A stretch of 64,000 nucleotides of DNA from Lama glama (taxonomy: Eukaryota), in assembly GCA_028534125.1 (NCBI GenBank), contig CM052817.1, positions 18,106,001-18,170,000 of the forward strand, in the 5' to 3' direction. Every line of letters starts with the position of its first letter. The first letter of the stretch is position 1. The notes beneath the pieces were generated by a model that was given only the letters and a program-made list of their open reading frames with translations, was not told the origin of the DNA and searched no databases. Below are positions 51,511-64,000 of the stretch, in pieces. The translations under genes were made by a program, and so were the position numbers.

Positions 51511-52939
51511 TAGGTGTTCTACACGCAGATACCAAGTACAGTGAAAGCCTTTCTGTTCTGTTGTCCTGAACATCAAGTTCATTGTAACATAAACTTTATT
51601 GTGATGTGAAAACATAAAAACCTATGCTATATTACATAATTTAAGGAGTTAGGATGTTAGAACAAACTTACTGTAGTTTTTCAAATGCTGGATGTTAGGG
51701 ATACCATAAACACTAAACCAAATAGTTGAATTTTTTTTTTAACCTCCACGTCCTCAATCCCTTTAAAACAGAGGTTTTACTGTATTTTTCCTTCTTGCTC
51801 TTCTGGTTGATACTGCTTTCATTTATATTGACTTTCTCTTGTTTCTGATGTTTAGCTTTGTTCTTATGTGGTGATATAATTACAAATAAATACCTCATCT
51901 GTTTTATTTATCCACACTTTAACCAGTTTTCCTTTAGTAGTTTATTAGGTTTTTGACCTTTCTTTCTTAATTTTGTATAAACTCTTCAATTCTCTTAAAT
52001 GTGTATCATTGTCTCTACCTAATTTCAGGTGATTTTGCTTGATTATGTAACTAGATCTTATTTCATTTTGAAAAGGCGGTGGAGAGAACGAATTATTACC
52101 TGTGTTCAGCAGATAAATGTACTTAGTAAATGCTTAATTTTTAGTTTTTGCTGTATTTATTTTGTACTAGTTTGTTGTTACTCGGTTCACTTACCTGTTG
52201 CAAACTGTATTCATTATGCCACGTACACATTCAAGAATTTACACATACGCATATTTCAGTAATTATAGTGTGTGGTAAGTATCCAGGCTTTGCAGTCACA
52301 CCAGTATGAGTATCTCGGTTCTGCTGCTTGTTAGATTGGCAGGGTGTTTGGGCCTCTTGTACCTGTTTGTAAAATGGGAAACAATGCCTGGCTTCCACGG
52401 TTGTGAGTGCCTAATACGGTGTCTGGTAGTAGTAATAATAGTCCCTCGAGTATTTATTGTCTCGTTTCCATTTACAAGCCGTTAGGTTAATATTTAAAGA
52501 GTTAACAGAGATCAAATATATGAAGTATTTCTTTAAATTTTCTTTTAGTTGCTCTCCCTTTGCTTTCTTTCTTCTTTCCCTTTCTTTGTTCTGATCGGTT
52601 TGGAAAGAACTACAGAGATACAAATGTAGCCTTATCTGAACTTGTGATAAGCATAATACATCAAATAATGAAGCCTGTTAGGAACTACTTGTGAGATGAG
52701 CAGAAGCTGATAACTTGGTTTTTAATAAATGAGACTAGTAGAGGCAGTCAAAGTAGTTTCTGCTTGGGTTGAGGTTTTTTTTTTTTTTTTACATTGCTAA
52801 TCTAAAATCAGAACAATTGTTATACAATTATAGCCTTTGAATTGAAAGAAATGGACAAACCTAAATGTTTAAGTTTTCTGCTAATTACAGGAACTGCTGT
52901 GGTGCATCTCCCTTTCATTGGCTCCGCCAGTGCTTTCAG

Positions 52940-53070
52940 GGACTGGGAGCTCACTGGTTCTTGGGCAGCCTTTCCCATTAGGAGACAGCTCTGGTTTATG
53001 AGAAGTTATCTGTTATAAAGCTGAACTCGTTCAGTACCTTCTATGGTTTCTGGATCTATTCTTCAAGTCA
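52940..53070. mobile_element. CR1/L3-like remnant
   Basis: GGGAGCTCACT...GGCAGCCTTTCCCATT...GACAGCTCT...AGAAGTT. Confidence 0.45.
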
Positions 53071-54027
53071 AAAAATGGCTGCTTTTTCTCTTAATATCTT
53101 TAAGGACTCTGTATCAATCAGAGTTCTCAAGAAAAACAGAAGGAAAATACGTATCTATAAATAAATTATATTTTAATTACTAATTATTTAAAATTTAAAT
53201 ATTAAAAATAACTAAATAAATTATACATATATGTAAAATTGTAAGAGATTAATTTCAAGGAAATACGTAGAACAATTACAATTTCCATTTCTATAACTGG
53301 TCATGTGGTTGTAGCTGGTCTTTGTGACTGCCTTCTTCCACTACGTATTCCATATTCCCTTTGCTCTCCACAAGCACCTTAGCTAGTTGCGGTTCTTTGC
53401 CTGATGAGGTGACCCAAAACATTATTTCTGAAGGGTCTGGCCCATTCGTAATCCTGCCTGGATTGTGTTGTTACAGTTTTCTGTTGACTTAAATCACAGG
53501 GCATGGTGATTAAGAGTTACCTTAAGGGATCTCCTATATTCCAGACTTACTCTTTCTTACCACCCTTGTGTAATAACAGTCCAGTCTCCTCTTGGTAATC
53601 AGAATCCCTCACACCAGTCAGTAAAGTAGTCTCCTTCTTTACCCATTGATACAGAGGGAGGAAGAACTCAAAGTGTTCTTCCCAGTGGCAGTTTTAACTT
53701 CCAGTTCACTGAAATCATTTTATCTCCCAGTGGGAGCATTCTTCCCTTTGAAACTAAGACCTATAGGCCAGCAGAGCATAAAATCATAAAGTCGTGTGGG
53801 CACAGAAAGGAAAACTTTTGCTAATGGATCTCTCGGAGCAGCAGTGAGTGATGCCACTCTCATTTTCACCCTTTGATTCTAGGATCTGTGAATCCTAGCT
53901 ATGAGAGAAATAGCACTGTATATTGGTTGCTGATTTAGATCATATACAGCTTCCTGGAGAATATTGTGCCAACCCTGCAAGGTATTGCCACTTAACTGGC
54001 ATTGTAACTGAGTCTTCAAAAAGCCAT

Positions 54028-54612
54028 TCTGTGTTCATGGCAGAACTATGTACAATAGCCAAGACATGGAAGCAACCTAAATGTCCATTGACAAATGATT
54101 GGATAAATAATTTATGGAATGTATATATTCCATAATATATATATAATGGAATACTACTCAGCCACAAAAAGAATGAAATAATGCCATTTGTGTCAACAAG
54201 GGTGGACCTAGAGATTATCATACTAAGTGAAGTAAGCCAGAAAAAGACAAATACCATATATGATATCACTTATATGTGGAATCTAAAAAAAAAAAAGACA
54301 TAAATGAACTTATATGCAAAACAGAAACAGACTCACAGACATAGAAAACAAACTTACGGTTACCAGAGGGGAAAGGGAGGAGGGAGAGGGATAAATCAGG
54401 AGTTTGGAATTAGCAGATAAAAACTACTATATACAAAGTAGGTAAACAACAAGGTCTTACTGTATAGCACAAGGAACTATATTCAATAGCTTGTAATAAT
54501 CTATAATGAAAAAGAATATGAAAAAGACTCTATCTATATCTATGTCTTTAACTGAATCACTGTGCTGTACATCAGAAATTACCACAACATTGTAAATCAA
54601 CTACAAAAAAAA
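54028..54612 (+). mobile_element. Young 5'-truncated L1 nested in the ERV-L integrase region
   Basis: FMAELCTIAKTWKQPKCP; 3'UTR similar to 13497-14304; ERV-L sequence resumes after the A run. Confidence 0.9.
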
Positions 54613-56143
54613 AGAGGCTCTTTTATTGTTCTGTCAACCAGCTTCTTAGGATGATGGGGAACATGTTAAGACAACTGCTCAGTGAATTTCTTGAGCATGA
54701 GTCCATTGCTTACTTGTGCTGTGAAGTGAATTCCTTGATCAGAGGCAATAATTCTTTGTCAGATACCATGACAATGGATAAGTCTTCTGTAAGTTGTGGA
54801 TAGTAGGTTTAGCAAAAACGTTAGATTCAGCAAAGGCAAATCTGTGTCCACAAAGTCTCTTTCCATAACAAAACCTTTCCTCTTTGTGTTAGAAGCAGTC
54901 CAGTGTAATCAACCTGCCACCAGGTAGCTGCCTGATCCCCCTGGGGACGGTGCCGTTTTGGAGACTCATTGTTGACCTCTGATCTCTGCTCCTGGCATAT
55001 TGGGCACTCTGCAGTGGCTGTGGCAGGTCAGCCGTCAGGACTGAAGTCCCTGTTACTGAGCCCATGCATGACCTTCCTTCCTTCCATGACTTTGCCATGA
55101 GTCCAATAGACAATGATACTGGTGGCCAAGAGAGAGGCTAATTTGTACAGAACAGGTCATATTATCCACTTGATTATTAAAATCATCCTTTGCTGAGATG
55201 ACCCTTTGGTGAGCATTTGCGTGAACACAGATATTTTCATGTTTTTTGCCCCTTCAGAGAGGCTTATCCATATACCTTCTCCAGATTGCCTTGTCACCAG
55301 TTTCCCAATCGTGTCCTTCCAAGTCCCTGATCATCTAGATAGACCATTTGCCACATCCTGTGAGTTGATAAGCAGTGGCATCTCTGGCCATTTTTTTCTA
55401 AGCAAAATAAACAACCACGCATGCACTGCTTAAGAGTTCTGTCTCCTGGGAGGATTTCCTTTTCCATTACCCTTCAGGAATGTCCTGGAAAGGGCTGCAG
55501 TGCTGCAGCCATCCACTTTTGGGTGGTGCCTGCATATTGTGCAGAATCATTTGTAAATGAGGCCCAAGTTTTCTCTTCTTTGTTCAGCTGATTTAGGAAA
55601 CTTCCCATGAGGTCATAAATGTGGACTAAGAGAGAGAAGATAATGTAGCAGGGATGAATACCATGGACATTTGGGCCACTTTTTCATATAATTTACTTGT
55701 GCCTTCAGGGCCTGTGTGGTCTCAATCTTGTATATACTACCACCATTTGATGATGGAGTACTGATAATGTGTACCTGATCTTATGGCTTCGGGGTCAGAC
55801 AACACCCAGTTCATGATGGGCAGCTCGGTTCACATGGTAACTTAGGGGCCCATTGTTAAGCATCAGTCTCTACTGAGGCCCAATAGCAGGCCAAAATCTG
55901 TTTCTCAAAAGGAGAGTAGTTATTTGCAGAGAATGGCAGGGCTTTGCCCCAAAATCCTAAGGGTATGTACTGTGGTCAACCTATACAGGCCTGTCAAAGG
56001 CTCCAGACAACATCTCTCTCTGTGCCGACCCTTCAGGCATCATTAGATATGCTGGATCACATGGCCCAAGTGTCAGAGCAATCTGAATCATTGCAGAGCC
56101 TTCTTCTGGGCCCTACTCAAAACTAGCTTTATAGGTCTATTGA

Positions 56144-56663
56144 TGTGATGAATAAGTTTGTGTCATGTATCAGCCTGGCTAGGCTGTTCAGTTAAACACT
56201 GGTGTAGATGTTGCTGTGAAGGTAATTCATAGATGTGATTAACATTTACAATCAGTTGACTCTTAGTAATGGAAATTACCCTTGATAATGTGGATGGGCC
56301 TCATCCAACCAGTTGAAGGCCTTACAAGCAAACACAGATTTCCCAAGAAGGAACTGTGCCTCAAGATTGTATTTAGAAATCTTGCCTGTGTTTCTAGCCT
56401 GCTGGTCTGCTTTACAAATTTTGGACTCTAAAATTGCAATATCAACTCTTAAGTCTGAGTTTCCTGCCCAATAGTCTGTGCTACAGATTTCAAAGTTGCC
56501 AGCCCCCACAATCATATGAGCCAATTCCTTAAAATAAATCTCAATGTGTATTCTCTCTCTTTCTTCTGTGTGAGACAGACAGACAGACAGACAGACACAC
56601 ACACATACACAATGTATATATCTCCCATTGGTTTTGTATTTTTGAAAAACCCTGACTGATATA
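56144..56663 (+). mobile_element. Solo MLT2 LTR nested in ERV-L pol, opposite orientation
   Basis: TGTGATG...GATGTTGCTGTGAAGGTA...GTGGATGGGCCTCATCCAACCAGTTGAAGGCCTT...AACCCTGACTGATATA. Confidence 0.9.
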
Positions 56664-59559
56664 CTTGGTTAATGGGCTGGAGTACTGAAATACAAAGAAA
56701 CTCACTGGTTGCTGTCCTTTTTTTGTTGTTTATAGGAGTGACCAGAAGCAACTTATTCTTTACCTAAGGGGTATCTTGATATGCCCCGTATCAGTAGACC
56801 CCTAAAAATTTCACTTAGGTGGAAGGTCCCTGAGTATTTGTCCAATTTTTTCCCTACCCTCTGACATGCAGTTGTCTTACCAATAAATCTGAAGGAGTTG
56901 TAACTTCTTGCTTACTAGATCCAGTTTGAATAGTATCATGAATGTGATGGGTGTGGTATTTTGTTCAGGGAAAAGTCTGTCAAGATCCCTGAGAACTAAA
57001 TTATGCCTGGGATCATAGGGCTGGAGGGTTGGTTGATAAACCCCTGAGGTCAGGCAGTGAAGATATATTGCTGGACTTGCCAGCTGAAAACAAACTGCTT
57101 CTGGTAGTCTTTATTAACAAATATTGAGGAGAAAAGCATTTGCCAGTCAATCTGCATGCTAGGTACAAAAGGATGTATTAATTTGCTCACACAGTGAATC
57201 CACATCTGGTACAGCAGCTACGATTGGAGTCACCACCTGGTTAAGTTTATGATAATCCACTGTCAATCTCCATCTGTTTTCTGCACCGGCCAAATAGATG
57301 AGTTGAATGGCGATTTGTTCAGAATCACCAACCCACCATTCTTTAAGTCTTTGAAATGGTGACACAAATCTTGGTAGCCCCTTCATTAATGTGGTATCAC
57401 TTTTGGCTTAGTATTTTCCAAGTCAGAGGCAGTTTTAGTGGCCTTCACTTAGCCTTTCTTATCCTAATAGGTCTGGAAACCAGTGTAAAGACTCTGCTAG
57501 TGGCTAAGTATGTCTGTTGCAAATACAAATTTACGAACTGGGGAAATAAGCACAGGATGGATTCAGGTAATATTGACCTGAGCTAAAACCTCATCAATTA
57601 TCTGATCTCTGTAGTTCCTTACTCTGACACATGGAGCGCAATGACATTTTAGGTCTCCTGGAGTCAGTTCTGAGCCAGGTTCCAAATATCCCTGAAAAAA
57701 TTATGTCCTTTTCCCAGTACATAGTCACCCTGGTAAAAAGGTGTAGATCCATTTGGGGATGGCTGGGACAAAGATTTAACAGTATGAAATTTTTGCTGTG
57801 TAGGACGGTCTTTCCTCAAGGGGACCTATCCTCCTGTTCATCCAAGAGGTTCTGAGTCTGTAAACTGGCTCAAGTTTCAGAATTCATTGGGGGGCCTTGA
57901 CTTTGTTTTGGCAATTCCAGTTAGCCTTGTGTTCACTTGATCTAGAAATCTTTTGCCTGTATAGATCAAGTAAGAATTTAGTAGACAGCCCTTCTGTTTC
58001 TCCTCTAGAGGCGCCATGATCAACTAGTGAATGCCATACATAGGTCTCTGAGTCAGACTGTTCTGACAACTGTTTTCACCTTGCTGTCTGTTGTGGTAAC
58101 CTTGTCCATCTTGTATTTGGTGTTAGAGTTCTGCTCCTTGGCCCCTGCCTTCCCAGGATCCAGGTATCCCTATGGCATTTAAGGATCCTTGTTCAGTGGT
58201 AGCAGTTCCCATTGTAATTTCTGACCTGCAGAGAAGAGCATCCACAGAACTCTTCAGTGATGCTGAGGCTCACCTCACACATTTATTTCTGATAGTCCTG
58301 GTGAAAGGTATGTCTTCTGGACCCTCCTGGGGTGGGTGAGCAGGTTTTACATGATAAAACTGTTTTAACATTTCTGTTTCTCAAAGCCTTTGGATACCAC
58401 TTGCTGCGTTATACCATGGCAGTTCTGACATTTCAGCTTCATCTCATTGTACCTTTTGGTTGCTGTTTTATCAAGCCAACGAGTCAGACTACTAGAGCCC
58501 TTTCTAACCCCTTGAGCTACAACACTAAATCTAGAATCTTTGCTTAGTAGTGTCTTATCAGTAAATTCAGCCTCATCCAGCTTTGTTTTGTTAGTATTAT
58601 TCTACATCCGTAATGTCAAATCTCGCACGTATTTCCCAGGTTTCTGTCTTACAAATTAGAAAAATCATGCTGTTCTTTTGAGTTGTAGTACATCTCCCAG
58701 GGGTCACACTTTATATTGCACCTTTTGGGGTCAGCTGGGACTTGTAGTTGTAGGTGTAGAAGCAAAGAATCAGTGTAGGTTCTGAGGAGAATTTAGCTGT
58801 GTCTGGCAAGGCAACTACCTAAGGGGAGGTCATTACAGATTCTTCATGCAAAGCATAGTTCACCTCAGTGAAGGGTAGAAGGTGTGCTTCTACTTGCAAA
58901 GAAGATCCAGCAAAATTTAGTGATTCAGTGAGATCTGCCCATATGTTTCCATCCCAATTTGCAGGATCCCATTTCTTCCTAATCAAATGCCCTTAACTAT
59001 AACAGACAGTATCTTGTGAGGTCAGGAATTCCATTTGTGTTGTAGTTCAGCCACTCACAGGATAGCACTCTGGGTTTAGTTTTCAGATATCTCAGCCCTA
59101 AGGCTTCAGTAGATAAGGGTTTCAGCGCAGACAGAAGCTTTTCAGGTCACTTACGTAGTGTTAGAGCTGGGCGTATGGAGAGCTGGGCTTATCCTTTCAT
59201 TTCCCACTTCACTCAGCAGTTAGGGGTCACCAACTCATCTCATTGTAATTATTAGTTTGACAAATGTTCTAAGGTATCAGTTGCACGTTCACCTAAAACC
59301 TTGGTTTTTATAAGTATTTGAAGAGTCGTGTCCAATGGTTATATTGCTGTATCATGGACCACTAATGCCTTCCATATCTCTTTACTGGAAATGGAGTCAT
59401 TTGTGCCTTCACATCTAATCAGAGTAGAGAACCAATTTCATAAACTGCAGAACCGGTTTTGAAAACTCATCTTTAAGCTTCTGTTCCTCTAGAACTACTC
59501 TTGGTACTCAAGTCAGTATCAGTCAGGGTTCTTCAGAGAAACAGAACAAATATATATGT

Positions 59560-59597
<38 letters not shown>

Positions 59598-59654
59598 CAA
59601 GATTGCTTTTAAGACACTGCCTCGTGAGATTTGTAGGGCAGGCTGAAAGGTCAC

Positions 59655-59811
59655 CTTGACTATTGGTCAAGAAGTAGAACTCCATCAATACCCCCAGAAA
59701 CTTCCTTCTCCCATGCTCCCTCTTTTTAATCACAGCCTTTCCTACTGCCAAAAATGTCATTATTTCTGTGGTAATAATAATTTCCTTCCTTTTCTTTTTA
59801 TCTTTACCATT

Positions 59812-59851
<40 letters not shown>

Positions 59852-61300
59852 CTTAAAAAATATTAGTTTGTCTTGAAGTATATAGTAATAGAATCATTGT
59901 CTGTGCTTATAGTCTCTCTTGCTCAAGAAAAAGTATGATTTTGTTCATTTTGTATGTAACTTCAGTTCATTAATTCTATTGCTGTAGTGTATTCAGGTTT
60001 TGAATTCTCCAGTTTAGTCAGTTTTTCTGTTGAACATTCTGTTTATTTCTACTGTTGCCTTTTATGAACAATGCTTCTTTGAATATCCCCTTATTGTACA
60101 TCTGTGTGGATTTCTCAAGGGGATGTCATTAGGATGGTTACTGGGTCAGAAGGTATCATCTTTACTTAGTAATGCCTAATTATTTGCCAAAAGAGATGTG
60201 TCAGTTTACTTTCCTAGAATCACCAATGTTAGTATTAATACACTTAAAAAAATTTCTGTGGTGGGTGTGTAAATGATACCGTTTTGTGCATTTAATATGC
60301 TCATTACTATTGAAATTGAGCATCATTTTGTATTATTGGTTATATGGATTTATTCTTTTGGAAATTGTTCAGGTCTTCTGTCTGTTTTGGGGTTGGTCTT
60401 TTTTTTCCCCCCCTCTTACAGTGTTTCTAGAATTCTTTATATTTCTATTCTTTGTTACAAAGTGTTTTTGGAATTCTTTATATTTGTGTCCTTTGATCAC
60501 AATCACAGTACTTCTTTTCAATTTGTGGCTTGTCTTTTTATTTACTTTATGGTGTGTTAATGTTAGTTATTAATGTTACTATTGTCAAGTTAACCAGGCT
60601 CTTTTACTATTAAAAGCTTTTTGTATCTTAGTTAAGAAATTCTTCACTACTCTGATGATATTCTACATTATCTTCTCAAAGCTGTATAATTTGTATTTCA
60701 AATTTAGGTTTTTAATTTGCTAGGAATTGATATTTGTGTGTTCTGTGAGAATCGTGTCTGATTTCCATTTTTATTTTCTGTATATGGATGCTTAGCCAAT
60801 TCCAGAACTATTTATTCTGCAAGTTTGAATTTTCCTTACCAGTTTGCTTTGTTAATTCTGTCATGTATCAAATGTTTGTATGTGTGTGGATCTGTTTCTG
60901 AGCTCTTTATTTTTGCTACTGATTTTTTTTTTTTGTCTGTTGCTTTGACAATACTCACAATGTTTTTAAGTTACTGTTACCTTATAAGACTTAATATTTG
61001 GTATAGCAAATTTCTCACTTTTTCTAAACTATCTGCCTATTCTTTGCCCTTTGCATATTCATATACATTTTATAGTCTGCTTGTCCAGCTCTAGGGGAAA
61101 AACCTATTGGGAATTTGACTGAAATTGCATTGATTTTTTTTTTCAAATTGATTTGGAGATAGTTGATATCTTTATAACATTGAATATTACAATCTAATAA
61201 TTTGGTGTATATTTCAATGGCTCTTGTAAAGTTTTATAATTTTTTTTCCCTAAAGGTCTTGCTCACTGTTTTTATTTATTCCTAGGTGCTTTATGATCCC
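59655..61300 (-). mobile_element. Old L1ME-like fragment (3'UTR into ORF2)
   Basis: T-rich degenerate L1, e.g. GGGAATTTGACTGAAATTGCATTGA...GATTTGGAGATAGTTGATATCTTTATAACATTGA. Confidence 0.7.
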
Positions 61301-61806
61301 CCTTTCTTTAAAAAAAAAAAAAACAACCTAGTATCTTTATTTTTAAAATAAGATCATCAATTCCCATGCTTTAGGATTATCATGGATTCATGATTGTCTT
61401 GAGAATTTTTTGTAGCTCAAGAAGTATGAACTTATAAATACTCTCTTTTTATGAAATTTTTTAGCACGGCTAGGAATAGGCAAGAGTTAGACCTTAAGTG
61501 GGTTTTGAAAACCCTATATGGATGAGAAATATGAAAAACAGGAATTTGATTCTGACCAGATTTTATCAGTTCTAAGTCTCCATCTTACTCTGTTTTTTAT
61601 GAGGGCTAGCTAGAGTTGCAATCCCAACCTATGGAACTCTTTGGATAGTTGGTTCTTATGAAACTTTCAGCCAGAACATGAAGGCCTAACATTCAGACAG
61701 ATTTTGAATTAGTTTGAAAAAGTAGGTGAATCTATTTTTGGCTTTATACACTACCCCAGGGTCATTTTCTTTGTAAGCATGTTTGAGGAGTAATCATCAA
61801 ATTCAT

Positions 61807-62426
61807 TGTATTAGTTATATTTATTGCTGCATTATATATTCCACAAACTCAACAACTTAAAACATCATGCATTTATTATCTTAGAGTTTTTATTGGTCAA
61901 ATGTCTTGCCATGGCTTACCTGGGTTCTTGTCTCAGAGTCTCCTAGGACTGAAATCAAGGTGTTGTTTGGGCTGCATTCTCATGTGGAGCTTGGAGTCCT
62001 TTTCCAAGCTCATTCAGATTATTGGCAGAATTTAGTTCCTTGTGATTATAGTACTGAGGTCTTTGATTTCTTGATGTCTTTTGGCCAGCTTTCCACAACA
62101 TGGCAGTTTGCTCCTTTTAGGCCAGCAGGTGAATCCCTCTTACACTTTGTGTCTCTTTGATCTTTTTTATGGATTTTTTTAAATGAGTGAGGTTATTCCT
62201 ATCCATAATAGATTCTCTTTTGATTAACTCTTTGAAGTCAGAGTCAGCTGATTAGGGACCTTAATGACATCTGCAAAATCCTTTCTGCCATGAGATGTAA
62301 CATTATCACAATAGTGAGATCCTGTCATACTCACAAGTCCTCACATTCAAGAGAAGTGGATTATACAGGGTTTATACACCAGAGAGCAGGAATCTTGGGA
62401 GACATGTTAGAATTCTGCCTACCACA
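61807..62426 (-). mobile_element. Solo MaLR LTR (MLT1E-like)
   Basis: TGTATTAGTT...CCACAAACTCAACAACTTAAAACA...GGCAGAATTTAGTTCC...TTAGAATTCTGCCTACCACA with intact TG...CA ends. Confidence 0.88.
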
Positions 62427-62514
62427 TTCTGATCCACACGTGAAAATTTTAGTTTCTCATGCCAAATGATACCTTGATTCCTTTTCAAACCTGGATTGCT
62501 TTTTTTTTTTTTTC

Positions 62515-63455
62515 AGTGCTTTTGTTTTGAGTTAACTATAGACTTACAAGAAGTTGCAAAACTTTTACAAAGAGGTACTGTATCCTCATCCTGGTATTGA
62601 ATCTTCCAATCTAAAAATTGAAAGTTTTCCCCAATGGTGACGTCTTAAATATAAATTTGGTATATTATCAAATCCAGGAAATTGGTATCATAAAATACAG
62701 TTAAGTAAACTACAGACTTTAACTGTACCAGTTTTTATATGCATTAATTTTTAAATTTTGAAGTGTCTTTGAGTATAATCCTATGTCTAGATTCATATAA
62801 CCACCACATTCAAGATATAGAACTGCCCTGTCATCACAAAAGAATTTCTTTGGGCTCCCCACATATAGTAACACACTACTCCTGAATTCCTGTCAGCCAC
62901 TGTTCTGTTCTCTATACTTTTGCCATTATGAGAATGTTATATACATGGAATTTTAGATTATGTAACTGTTCTGAGATTGACCCTTTTCACTTAGCATAAT
63001 GCCCTTAAAATTCATTCAGATGGCTGGACTTACCAATAGTTGGTTCATTTTTATTGCTGAGTAATATTCCACTGTATGGATGTACTGCAGTTTGTTTAGC
63101 TATTCCCTCATTGAAGGAAACTTGTGTTGTTTCCAGTCTGGGCCTATAACAAATAAAATTCCTGTAAACATTCATGTTTGGGGCTTTGTGTGAACATGCT
63201 TCCATTTCTCTAGAATAAATGTTCAGGAATGCAGTTGATTTGGCCATATGGTAAATATATGTTTAACTTTTTAAGAAACTACCAGACTGATTTCCAGAGT
63301 GGCTGTACCATTTTACTTTCTTACCAGCAAAGGATGAGTGGTACAATTTCCCTGCATCCTTGCCAGCATTTGGTTCTGTTGGTATTTTTTATTTTGACCA
63401 TAAATTCTAAGAGATGTTTGGTAGTACCTCATTGTGATTTTAATTTGCATTTTTA
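62515..63455 (-). mobile_element. L1MC-like 3'UTR
   Basis: TAGACTTACAAGAAGTTGCAAAA...TTCCCCAATGGTGACGTCTT...AAGAAACTACCAGACTGATTTCCAGAGTGGCTGTACCATTTTAC. Confidence 0.82.
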
Positions 63456-63467
63456 ATTGCTTGCCTT

Positions 63468-64000
63468 TGTTTTTTTATTTGTTTTTGTTTTGGCTGTATA
63501 CCCAAGAGTGGAATTGCTGAGTTATATGGTAGTTCTATTTTAGTTTTTTAAATAACCTCATACTGTTTTCCATGGTGGCTACACCAGTTTACATTCCCAC
63601 TAACAGTGTACAAGGATTCCCTTTTCTCCACATCCTTGCCAACGTTTGTTATTTGTGTTCTTTTTGATGATAGCCATTCTGACAGGTGTGAGGTGATATC
63701 TCATTATGGTTTTAATTTGCATTTCTCTAGTAATTACTGTTGTTGAGCAGCTTTTCATATGCTTGTTGGTCATCTGTAAGTCTTCTTTGGAAAAATGTCT
63801 ATTCAGGTCTTCTGCCCAGGTTTTAATTGGGTTGTTTGGTTTTTTTGATAGTGAGTTATATGAACTGTTTATATCTGTTGGATAGTAACTACTTACCAGT
63901 CATATCATTGGCAGATATTTTCTACCATTTATTAGGTTGTCTTTTTGTTTTGTTGGTGGTTTCCTTTGCTGGGCAAAAGCTTTTAAGTTCAATTAGGACC
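63468..64000 (-). mobile_element. Younger L1 ORF2 3' region, continues past the window end
   Basis: GCCATTCTGACAGGTGTGAGGTGATATCTCATT...TCTTCTTTGGAAAAATGTCTATTCAGGTCTTCTGCCC. Confidence 0.9.

Larger units (their letters stand above)
53110..59650 (-). mobile_element. Decayed ERV-L (class III) provirus with partial MLT2 LTRs: gag-pol(RT/IN)-dUTPase, no env
   Basis: Gag-like WHSLVDHGASRGE...FLLDLYRQK (57884-58069); [26 protein letters not shown] (57159-57386); IN-like GTVPRG region (~54900-55000); dUTPase-like NWKLKLP...DSDYQEE (~53580-53720). LTR-end motif GTATCARTCAGRGTTCT at 53111 and ~59516. Confidence 0.92.
26419..64000 (+). other. STIM2: STIM2 intron 1 (partial, runs off the window)
   Basis: Begins GTGAGG. 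The expected exon 2 peptide (DPCMSLSPPCFTEEDRF...) was not found downstream; the sequence is AT-rich and repeat-dense. Confidence 0.85.

Overview
Mammalian, most likely camelid (camel/alpaca/llama), genomic DNA; the taxon call rests on four tRNA-Ala-like SINEs of the vic-1 type, with no Alu, Bov or PRE elements seen. The only recognisable host gene is STIM2 on the + strand. Its CpG-island promoter and coding exon 1 (ATG 26016, donor after 26418) encode the long ~98-aa signal peptide and the first luminal residues, followed by at least 37.5 kb of intron 1; I found no exon 2 in the window. A second CpG island lies ~3 kb upstream. The rest is mostly interspersed repeats: L1, L2, MIR, hAT MER elements, MaLR/ERVL LTRs, and a ~6.5 kb decayed antisense ERV-L provirus with nested insertions. 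I found no evidence of a wholly new gene system. The most interesting feature is the STIM2 leader: a G4 motif, an upstream AUG, a U15 tract with stops in all three frames, a weak main AUG and an in-frame CUG. Repeat subfamily names and human comparisons are from memory and need confirming by alignment; repeat boundaries are approximate.
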